This document shows, piece by piece, positions 1-9,200 of a stretch of 64,000 nt of DNA (position 1 is its first letter; the number at the start of each line of letters is the position of its first letter). This DNA is from a virus (taxonomy: Duplodnaviria; Heunggongvirae; Uroviricota; Caudoviricetes), in IMG/VR virus record IMGVR_UViG_3300042456_000759; one strand, given 5' to 3'. Below the pieces are notes generated by a model. The model searched no databases and was not told the DNA's origin. It saw nothing but the letters and a program-made list of their open reading frames with translations. Made by a program: the position numbers and the translations under genes.

Positions 1-1
1 A

Positions 2-634
2 CAAAAATCCCTAACGTCTTTAGAAGAGTTAGCTAAATATGATGTTATAAAAGAAGAATTACAACGTCAAATATTACAACAACCTCAATTTCAAGAACCT
101 TCTATTGAAGGTTATAATCCTCGTAGACCGTTTACTAGTAATTATGAATCTACTGATTCTGAACCTATGATGTTAGGAACAAAGATTTATCCTAATATGA
201 AATTAAAAGGTTCACCTAGAAATGTAAAAGCTTATTTAACTCAGAAAGGGTTATCTAGAAATGCTATTGCAGGAATAATGGGGAATATTGAACATGAAAG
301 TTCATTTAATCCTGGAATTGGTGGGGATCAAGGAACTTCTTTTGGATTATTTCAACATCATGCTAAAAGAAAAGATAACTTATTATCTTATCTAAAGAAA
401 AGAAATTTAGATAAAACTAGTATTGAAGGTCAAATTGACTTTGCTTTATCAGAGTATCCTCAGTTAATACAAAAATTAAATAAAGCTGTATCTCCTCAAC
501 AAGCTGCTGATATTTGGGTAAGAGAGTTTGAAAAACCAGCTAATGTAGAAAAACAATCTAAACTAAGACAACGCGCTGCTTTAAAATATATGAAACAAGG
601 CGGAACATTACCTTTTTTAAAACAATATAAATAA
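2..634 (+). CDS. Virion protein with C-terminal phage tail lysozyme (Phage_lysozyme2-like) domain; 5' end lies outside the window
   Basis: The frame of ORF 167..634 is open back to base 2. Motifs AIAGIMGNIEHESSFNP, FGLFQH, QIDFALSE and FEKPA are typical of tail lysozyme domains (catalytic E in ES). Confidence 0.8.
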   Translation, partial: QKSLTSLEELAKYDVIKEELQRQILQQPQFQEPSIEGYNPRRPFTSNYESTDSEPMMLGTKIYPNMKLKGSPRNVKAYLTQKGLSRNAIAGIMGNIEHESSFNPGIGGDQGTSFGLFQHHAKRKDNLLSYLKKRNLDKTSIEGQIDFALSEYPQLIQKLNKAVSPQQAADIWVREFEKPANVEKQSKLRQRAALKYMKQGGTLPFLKQYK

Positions 635-643
635 TAATATAAT

Positions 644-1795
644 ATGAGTATTTTTAATGGTCAAATCTCACCTAGAAGATTAGCAAAATGGCAACATAAA
701 GAAAGAATGGCAATGTATAACAACCCAAACTTTAATCAATTTCCAAACGGAACTAATTATCCTTATTTTCCTCAAAAGGGAATAGGAGATGAACGTTTAG
801 GAACTAATTATCCTTATTTTCCTCAAAAGCTTGATCCAAAAATACTTTCTTATATTGAGAATAATCCATATAAAAAGATAGATATGTCACAAGCAAAAGA
901 AGTAAAAGGTAGTATATTAGATTTACTTCGAGAGTATAATGAAAATAGACAAAACCAAGGAAATGATTTTCCTCCATTATACAATGTAGGGGGTGGGGTA
1001 GGTCCAGTTAATTGGAATAAATTAAATGATGTTATTTTAGATCAATCTATTAGTAGTGTAGCTTCAAGACCTACTTCAATGCCTACTTCCAAAGCTAATC
1101 AATCGTTTAACCAAGCATTTGCAGCTGCACGAGCAGCAGGAGAAGATACTTTTTCTTATAATGGAAAAATGTTTAATACAAGATATAAAGGAGAAAAGGT
1201 ATCTCAAGGGAGAAATAATAATGCTGAGATGGCTGATATAGCTACAGCAAGAATGAACAGTTTTAATCAAGGTCCTCCTATTAAGATTAAAGCTAAAAGA
1301 ATAGATAATAATTTCATTCCAAGTTATAATAGAAATATGGGAAATCAGTTATCTCAAACAAGAGGTGATCAAACTAACTTAAATGATTTTCAAAGATTGG
1401 AGAATGCTTATAATTCTGGAAAGACATTTTTAGATTTAAAAGGGAAAGAAAAACAATTAGCTCCTTTAGCAGCAGCTGACGCTATATTGACTTACGCAGC
1501 TAAAAATATAGGTTTGCCAATAGCCAAAACTATATCAGGAGTAGGTTCTACATCAGATAAAATACAAAGTGGAATCTCTGCAATTCCTTTTGCATCAGGA
1601 GTTGTAGCCAGACAATTAGCAAAACAAATCATGAAAAGAAGTACTGCTTATATGGGTCCAAGAATGTTAAGTCCTATAGCAAAAACTCCAAATGCAACTA
1701 AAGCTCGATTAGCATCATGGTTTAGTCAGGCTAACCCTCAATTAGCTGAAGCAATTAAAAAATATGGAGTAGATCAATTAATAAACGGTTTATAA
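644..1795 (+). CDS. Putative virion cargo/internal protein (383 aa)
   Basis: Long ORF in the cargo operon; low-complexity N/Q-rich and Cys-free. Contains FNQAFAAARAAGEDTFSYNGKMFNT, a small motif I recognise from phage virion proteins. Confidence 0.5.
   Translation: MSIFNGQISPRRLAKWQHKERMAMYNNPNFNQFPNGTNYPYFPQKGIGDERLGTNYPYFPQKLDPKILSYIENNPYKKIDMSQAKEVKGSILDLLREYNENRQNQGNDFPPLYNVGGGVGPVNWNKLNDVILDQSISSVASRPTSMPTSKANQSFNQAFAAARAAGEDTFSYNGKMFNTRYKGEKVSQGRNNNAEMADIATARMNSFNQGPPIKIKAKRIDNNFIPSYNRNMGNQLSQTRGDQTNLNDFQRLENAYNSGKTFLDLKGKEKQLAPLAAADAILTYAAKNIGLPIAKTISGVGSTSDKIQSGISAIPFASGVVARQLAKQIMKRSTAYMGPRMLSPIAKTPNATKARLASWFSQANPQLAEAIKKYGVDQLINGL
749..829 (+). repeat. Perfect 30 bp direct repeat (749-778, 800-829) encoding GTNYPYFPQK twice
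   Basis: ggaactaattatccttattttcctcaaaag occurs twice, 51 bp apart and in frame. Confidence 0.95.
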
Positions 1796-3459
1796 TGATA
1801 AATACAGCACCTAATAGTCCATTTAAAGGATATTATCCTAATGTTAATCCTTTTGGAGTATCTCCTAGATACAATCCAAGTTCTATGGATTTAATGTATA
1901 AACAAATGTCATCAGAGGGAATTAATACAACTATTAAGCCTATTGATAAAGATAAAGCAAATATTGAAGCTGAAAAAGATGAGGTTTTATTAACATTTAA
2001 ACCTACAGGATTAGCTTTACATAACATTAAAGGGAAATTACATAGTAAAGGAGGAACTCCTTTAAATGTACCAGATGGATCATTTATTTTTTCAAACGAT
2101 AAAGATATGTCTTTATCAAAAGAAGAAATTGAAACATTTAAATTAGGGTCGTATCAAAAAGGTGGATTAATTAAAAATACTCCAGCATCTGTTTTAAAAA
2201 GAGCAGTTGATTTAAAACATAATAATAGAATGATAGATACTCTGGAGAATAGTAAAAACTCTGCTGAAAAAACAACAGCTATGAAAATGTTAGAAAAATA
2301 TCAAAAAACAATTGGAAATATAGCTGCTTTACAAGAGATTCGTAAAGATGTAGAAATTCCTCCATTTGCAACATTAATAACTGATAGTCCTGAAGTAAGA
2401 TTACAAAAAGATAATCAACAACAATTTTCTAAAGGTGGATTTTATTTTAAAGATGGAGGATCGTCCTTTAGTAAAAACAATTTATTAAATTGGATGATGC
2501 AAGGTAAATTACAAGGAATAGACCAAACAGCCACGTATAGTCCATATGGTAAAACAAATCAAACTGCTCCGACATGGTTTGCTCCTATGGTTGCTCCTGA
2601 AGAACTAGAAGAATTACAGCAGGCTCAAACTCCAACTCCGACATGGTTTGCCCCTATGAGTGCTCCAAAAGAAGAACCTTTTTCTCCTTTAGGTAAATAT
2701 GACCCTCGTAAAAATGAAGTTACTGACGAAGATATTCCTCAAGATGATTTATCATGGATAAAACCTTATACTTGGACTCCCAGATTAATGTCAATGATGG
2801 GAAATTTAGCTCAATCTCCTAGATCATTATATCCTTCTCTAGCTTTACAGACTCCTTATAGGGTTAGAAATCAAGAGATTGATGCGCAACCAGGTATTAA
2901 TGCTGCGTTAGCTTCTGCGTATAGTTCTAAAAAAGCTCTCCAGCAATATGGTGTACCTAATCAGCAAAATTATCAAATGATTGATACTCAAGCAAATAAA
3001 TCTGCTCAAGATTATGCAAGAAGTATTGCTCAAGCTAATGCCCAGAATGCTACAAATGTCAATAATCAGAATGCTCAAATTAGCAATCAAGCTATTAATA
3101 CTAACAATCAACAGAGAGCTATTTATGGAGATAAGCTAAATGAGTTATATCAGAATGTTACTGATACTCGTAATGCTATTCATTCTACTAATTTAAATGT
3201 CTTAGGGGAAGGTATTATGGAGAATCAGAATTATGATTTTAATATGGATTTATTAAAAAAGTATCAACCTTATAATGTTCAGTCTAAAATGACTCAAAAA
3301 ACATTAGAAGATTTAAAAAATGAGTTTAATAGAGTGACTGCTGGTATAACTGATCAACAATTAAAGTATTATATTGCCAAATCTTTATTTGGACCATATA
3401 TGAAGCAACCTATTGATAATATGAATCAGATAGCTGCTATGCGTCAATTATTTCAATAA
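1795..3459 (+). CDS. crAss-like virion cargo protein (554 aa)
   Basis: IEAEKDEV...GKLHSKGGTPLNVPDGSFIFSN matches the E-x-E-x-x-E / H-x-x-GG / IFS pattern of proteins upstream of crAss-like vRNAP genes. Q/N/A-rich helical C-terminus. Confidence 0.55.
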   Translation: MINTAPNSPFKGYYPNVNPFGVSPRYNPSSMDLMYKQMSSEGINTTIKPIDKDKANIEAEKDEVLLTFKPTGLALHNIKGKLHSKGGTPLNVPDGSFIFSNDKDMSLSKEEIETFKLGSYQKGGLIKNTPASVLKRAVDLKHNNRMIDTLENSKNSAEKTTAMKMLEKYQKTIGNIAALQEIRKDVEIPPFATLITDSPEVRLQKDNQQQFSKGGFYFKDGGSSFSKNNLLNWMMQGKLQGIDQTATYSPYGKTNQTAPTWFAPMVAPEELEELQQAQTPTPTWFAPMSAPKEEPFSPLGKYDPRKNEVTDEDIPQDDLSWIKPYTWTPRLMSMMGNLAQSPRSLYPSLALQTPYRVRNQEIDAQPGINAALASAYSSKKALQQYGVPNQQNYQMIDTQANKSAQDYARSIAQANAQNATNVNNQNAQISNQAINTNNQQRAIYGDKLNELYQNVTDTRNAIHSTNLNVLGEGIMENQNYDFNMDLLKKYQPYNVQSKMTQKTLEDLKNEFNRVTAGITDQQLKYYIAKSLFGPYMKQPIDNMNQIAAMRQLFQ

Positions 3460-3511
3460 CATATAAAATTATTATTTAAATCAATAATTTTAATTTAATT
3501 TTGTAAAAATT

Positions 3512-6289
3512 ATGTCTACATATACAAGACCAGATAAATTTATTCCTATTAATATATCAAGTTCTCCTGAGAACTATTTAAACTATGTTCAAAAAAGACT
3601 AGATTTAAGTGCTCAAGGGCAAGCTATGGTCAATATGCAATATAAGCAAATATTAGACTTAGACTTAACACATGATGCTAATAAAGAGAAGTTAAATGGT
3701 TTTTTAAGATCGGTCTCTGAAAAAATAAATAAATATGCAGGTTCTGATTTATCTAATTTTGATAATGTTAAACAAGCTATATCTGTTTTTGATCCTTTAA
3801 CTAAAGATAAACAATATGAATCTATTCTTTATGATAATAAGTTTACTAAACATTATCGAGATCAATTTAATTTAGTAGAAGAGTATAAACAAAAAGCTGA
3901 TAAAAAAGGTGTAATTGGTGCAGGTTATGGAGTTCATAATTATAATGTATTAATGAACTCTTATAATAAGTTTAGAAATTCTAAGAATCCTTCAGATTAT
4001 TCTAATTGGGGAAGTTTAGATACATATCAACCATATTATGATGATAAAGCTGAAGTTCAGAAATTAACTGAAAGTTTTTTAAAATTACCTGACGATTATG
4101 AAATAGAAACGTTAGGTGAAAACGGAATGACTACAAAAGTTAAATTCAAAGGAAAAACTGCTGCTGATATTCAACAATATTTAAATGTAATGTTATCTGA
4201 TAAAGCTAGAAATCAAATGGCTATTGAAGGTAGATCTTATTCTTATCAAATAGATGATGCTACATTTGAAAAAACAATGAAAGATTCTTTAAATAAGAAT
4301 ATTAAGAATATAGATAAAGATATATATGATTTAAAAGTATCAGGTTCTTATAATGGAAAAAAACTAACAAAAGATGAAATAAGTCAAATTAAAAATGAAC
4401 TTGAGTCTCAAAAAGAATCAGCATCTAATAAACTTAATGATTTTAATGATAATATTAAAAGACAAGAAATATTAGCAGATAAAGAAAACATATATGCTAA
4501 TTATTATACTAATGAGAAAATAGCTAATTTATCATCTGCATTAGATAATAAAAGAATGGATCAAACTCTTGGAACTAATCAAGCGTATGTATCTATGTTA
4601 AATAGACAACAAGGTTGGCAAGAGTTTATGTTAGAATTAGAAGCTAAACGTGAATCTGATGCTAAAAAATTAGAATTTGATTATCGTAAAGAAGGTTTAG
4701 ATCCTAAAACAGGAAAACCTATATTAGGATCTCCTTCAAATGAAACAGCTGTTCCAACACCTATTACAGGAACTGTAGAAGAGGTTGTAAAAAATAATGA
4801 AGCGTTTGAAAAAGAGATAAATGATAATATGTCTAAAGTAGCTATTCAAGTTATTGATAATGCTTACGATGCTTTAGGTTTAGATAAAAATGAATCATTT
4901 TTTAATAGAACTCAAAATAATGTAAAGGCTTTACAATATGTTAAGCAAATTTCTGATGAATTAATTTCTAATTCTGGTAGAATTAAAACTTTAATGAGTA
5001 AACCTGAATCTGAATTAACTGCAAAAGAAAAAGCGGATAAAAACATTGTACTTAAATTAAAAGAAAATGAAGCGGATGTTGCTATAGCTAATAGTTATTA
5101 TGATAAAAAAAATAAATTAGTTGATAAAACTCGAGCTGAAATTAAAAAAACTTTTGCAGATGCTGGAATCAAATCTGTACAGGATTTAGAAGGTAATTTG
5201 GTATTACAGGCATATAGTGATTACCCTACTTTAGATAATTTAATAGATGCTATGATTAAAAATCCTGAATTAGCTCAACAAGTTAATCAGAGTTTAAATC
5301 GCACAGATGTATTTTCAGTAGGATCACAAGGTTTAAAAATAGCAGGTAAATCAACAGGAAATCCTATTATTGATTTTATTTCTGGAAATAGTGCAAAAAT
5401 AATAGATGATGTGCTTAAACAGAATTCAGGCAATGTTTCAGCACCTGTAGAAGAGTTACATAAAAATATAGGTCAATCTTTTGCAACTTCTGGTATGCAT
5501 AAAGTTATGAATAGACCTATAGCTACACAAACAAATATTGATAAAACTTTAAATTCTCAATTTAATAATTTTATTAACAATACGATTGTAGCTAAATATG
5601 GAGACATATTAAAAGAAAAAGGTATAGAGCCGTCAATGATTAATTCTATTGAAACTCATGATGGATATTATTTAATAAAAGGTTCTACATCTCAAATAGA
5701 TGAAGAAACTGGTAAAATAATTAAAAAAGGTGAAACATTTGAAGAAAAACTAACTAGTCCTGATTTAACTGTTACTTCAGCTATAGAAAGAAAATATGCT
5801 CAAGCTTTAGGAATGTCTGAAAATGGGAGTCTTAATATGAATTATACCTCAGATTTAAGTTCATATCCTTATAGAGTTAGAACTACATCTGGGACACCTT
5901 ATCAGATGTACTCATCTCAAACTCAACCTTTAACTTTAGAGTTAGAGATTAATGGTAAAGTTGTTCAACTTCCTGCTACATTTAATACAGTAGGTGCTGC
6001 TAAACAACAAATGGAGGAAACTATAAATGCTTTAGAAACAGAAGTTACAAATGAAGTATTTAAAGAAGAATATCAAAAAGCTTTAAAAGAAAGTGGAGAT
6101 ACACAAGAAGCAAAACAGATAGCTTTAAAGAAATTAAATGAGATGTCTAAATCAGAACTTCCTTTAAAAATTAAAGAAAGAATAGAAAAAATGTATCAAA
6201 CAGGTACTATCTTTGATGTCTTTGGATTACAAAATCCTCAATTAACTCGTACTCAACAACAACTACAAGATTTAATCAATGGTAACTAA
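3512..6289 (+). CDS. Virion cargo protein adjacent to vRNAP (925 aa), probable ejection/transcription-associated subunit
   Basis: Large helical, Cys-free ORF overlapping the vRNAP start by 11 nt. Its position matches crAss-like cargo operons. Confidence 0.55.
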   Translation: MSTYTRPDKFIPINISSSPENYLNYVQKRLDLSAQGQAMVNMQYKQILDLDLTHDANKEKLNGFLRSVSEKINKYAGSDLSNFDNVKQAISVFDPLTKDKQYESILYDNKFTKHYRDQFNLVEEYKQKADKKGVIGAGYGVHNYNVLMNSYNKFRNSKNPSDYSNWGSLDTYQPYYDDKAEVQKLTESFLKLPDDYEIETLGENGMTTKVKFKGKTAADIQQYLNVMLSDKARNQMAIEGRSYSYQIDDATFEKTMKDSLNKNIKNIDKDIYDLKVSGSYNGKKLTKDEISQIKNELESQKESASNKLNDFNDNIKRQEILADKENIYANYYTNEKIANLSSALDNKRMDQTLGTNQAYVSMLNRQQGWQEFMLELEAKRESDAKKLEFDYRKEGLDPKTGKPILGSPSNETAVPTPITGTVEEVVKNNEAFEKEINDNMSKVAIQVIDNAYDALGLDKNESFFNRTQNNVKALQYVKQISDELISNSGRIKTLMSKPESELTAKEKADKNIVLKLKENEADVAIANSYYDKKNKLVDKTRAEIKKTFADAGIKSVQDLEGNLVLQAYSDYPTLDNLIDAMIKNPELAQQVNQSLNRTDVFSVGSQGLKIAGKSTGNPIIDFISGNSAKIIDDVLKQNSGNVSAPVEELHKNIGQSFATSGMHKVMNRPIATQTNIDKTLNSQFNNFINNTIVAKYGDILKEKGIEPSMINSIETHDGYYLIKGSTSQIDEETGKIIKKGETFEEKLTSPDLTVTSAIERKYAQALGMSENGSLNMNYTSDLSSYPYRVRTTSGTPYQMYSSQTQPLTLELEINGKVVQLPATFNTVGAAKQQMEETINALETEVTNEVFKEEYQKALKESGDTQEAKQIALKKLNEMSKSELPLKIKERIEKMYQTGTIFDVFGLQNPQLTRTQQQLQDLINGN

Positions 6290-9200
6290 CGAACAATTAA
6301 AACCTACAACAATACCTGGATCATTCAATCCTCAACAAACATTAACAGATGTTTATGTACCAAGTACATTTGAAGATAGATTTGGTGCATTATTAAATAA
6401 CCCTATGCCAAGTAATTTAGGGTTACGAATTCCTATTGATGATTTCAAAACAGAATATGCTGATGGTTCTAAATTTAGAGGATTGTTTCAAAAATCAGGT
6501 GATAAACTAAAACAAGATCCTAATTTTGATCCTATTACTTCGAGAGTAATAACGACACCATTATCTGAAGTAGAACCTTATTTAAAATATGATTCTAATT
6601 ATGATAATAATCTTAATGCTGCTTTTGGCCAAGCTGGTAAAGGTGCTGTTGTTGGAGGTGGAGTAGGTTCGTTTTTCAGTCCAATTGGAACTGCTATAGG
6701 TGCTGGAGTTGGAGGTACGTTAGGATTTTTTTCAGGATTATTAACAACATCAGGAAGAGGAGTATATATTCCAGGAAGGGATAATAGACAAGAAATATTA
6801 GAAAAACAATCAGGTTTTTGGAATACGTTAGGAGGATTTACAAATAACTTTTTAGATAGAAGTTTTGAAGCAGGAATAGGAGGTACAGCTGCATTATTAA
6901 CTTCTCCTTTTGGAGCTATTGCAGGTAGAGAGTTTTACGATTGGGGATCTAACCCATTAACTAGGAAATTAAGTGAATCTTTAGAACAAAGTGAATATAA
7001 ACGTCATTTATCAGATAATTATTTAAATAAAGGACCTATTGCTAAATTTTTTACAGCAGAAGGGTTTCAAAATGAAATAGCTGATATGGCTGGATTTACT
7101 GTAGGAATGATGTTAGGAGCTAAGATAAACATGGGTTTAAACGCAGGTGCTGGACAAGCAGTATCAAAATTAGCTATTGGATTAAAAAATCCAGGTTTAG
7201 CCACTTCTATATCTAATCGAGGAGGAAATTTAATTGGAGATTTTTTACCTACTGTGGCTAAAAGAGCGTCAGCTTTATTTACTAAAGGAAGTACTAAATT
7301 AACAGCAGCTCAACAAGCTGCTACATTTTCAGAATTAAACTTAGTAACATTAGCTAAAAACGCTTTTAAAAAGGGAACATTTGAAGATTATGGTAAAAAT
7401 CTAATTAATGCTTTTAAAAATCCTGCATTTGGTTTAAAAGCTTTATCTAGTTTTGAAAGAACTGCATTGGCTTCATATGGAGAAGGTAGAGTTGAAGCAG
7501 CTCAAGCTTATAAAGACATTTATGACACAGCTTTAAAAAACGGTTATTCTGCTTCAGAATCTGCTGAAATGGCAACTAAAGGAGCTAATAAAACATTATT
7601 GGGTAATTTAGCAATATTAGGTGTTACAAATCAGTTTGGCTTAAATCAATTAACTAATGTATCTAGTATTAAAAATTTAAGTAGATGGTTTTCTAAGGAT
7701 TTTACATTAGATGTAACTACATCTAAAATATTAAAAGAAACATTAAAAGATATTTCAAAGAACGCTACAAAAGGATTTGTTATCGAAGGATTTGGTGAAG
7801 AATTAGGTCAGTTTGCTATATCTCAAGCTGCTAAAAATCAGCAATTAAATATGGCTGATCCTTTAAATCCTATTCATAAAGCTTTCTTTACAGAATTTAT
7901 TGAAGCTTATAAAGATGGTATTTCTTCTGATGAAGGGATGTCTAATTGGTTTGGAGGTGGTTTATTTGGATCAGTTATGGGTGGTTTTGGTCCAGGTGGA
8001 ATAATGTCAACATTAAATGAAGCAAATAAAGCCAAAACTATAAATATTCCTGATAGTTTAAAAACTAAAATTTCTAATTTCAGTTCAGCTATTGATTTTA
8101 TTTCAAAACATACAGTTCCATTTAACGGTCAATTATTTCAATCTTATAGAGAAGAAAACGGTGAATACATCCCAGATAATAATGGAACAGTTAGACTTAT
8201 TAATGATCCTACTCGGTTAATTAAATTAACACAAGCTTTAAATCATATTAATACATTATCTAAAGATCAAGCTAATCTTATTTTAACAAATGTTAAAAAT
8301 AATATTAAAACAGAAGATCCTGCTATGCAGGAAGGTTTTAAAATAATCAAAGATTATGTAGATTTATTTGGAGAAACAGGAGAAAAATCTTTAGAAGAAT
8401 ATATAAATCAAGATTTATCATCTAAAGAAAAGCAAAATACTTTATATTTATTATCTAAATTAGGGGAAACAGTCATTGAAAATGAATATGCTTTAGAATC
8501 AGATTTAAGTAATATAGCTAAATCAATGGTTTCTTCTTCTTATGTATTTGATCATGTAGTCAATGGCATTGAAGATAAGATCTTTGATGAATTAGATGCG
8601 TTAGAGGAATCATTATTAGATCCTACATCTGAGTCAGGACAAAAAGATTTAATAGAATTCTTTGGTAAAAATTATAAACTTGATCAATTAGATCAAGCCA
8701 AAGAAGATATTAAAACATTTAGAGATCAACTTAAAAAACAAGTTAAAATATTTAAAGGTTTAGCAAATAGATATTCTGAACCATTTACTCATATTAATAT
8801 TAAAAAAGATAATAAAGTTCATAAACTGCCTATTACAGTAGATATGTATAGCGTCTTTAGATCAGCTTTAGTTCAAGATGATTTAAATACTATGGTTTCT
8901 GAAATTGATGAAAAGTTAAATGATATTAAATCTGAATTATTAGCAGATCCACAATATTCACAAGATTATTTAAATCCTAATAATACATCAGAAGATGTAT
9001 TAGATATAGCTAAAAAAGAAAACAATAATCCTTTATATCTTCAATATCAAGTATTAGAAAATCTTAAAAAGCAAGTAAGTGATTCTTTACAAAAAGAAAA
9101 TAAAGCATTTGAAGAATTAACAGACGTTAAAAAATTAATTGAAAAAGCTCAAAAGTCAGAAAAAGCTATAAATTCAGAAATTGAAAATCCTGCTAAGTCA

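Noticed and set aside
3496-3503. TAATTTTG matching TAnnTTTG before the 925 aa gene
   Set aside because: Only 8 nt from the ATG in an extremely AT-rich spacer; a chance match is likely.
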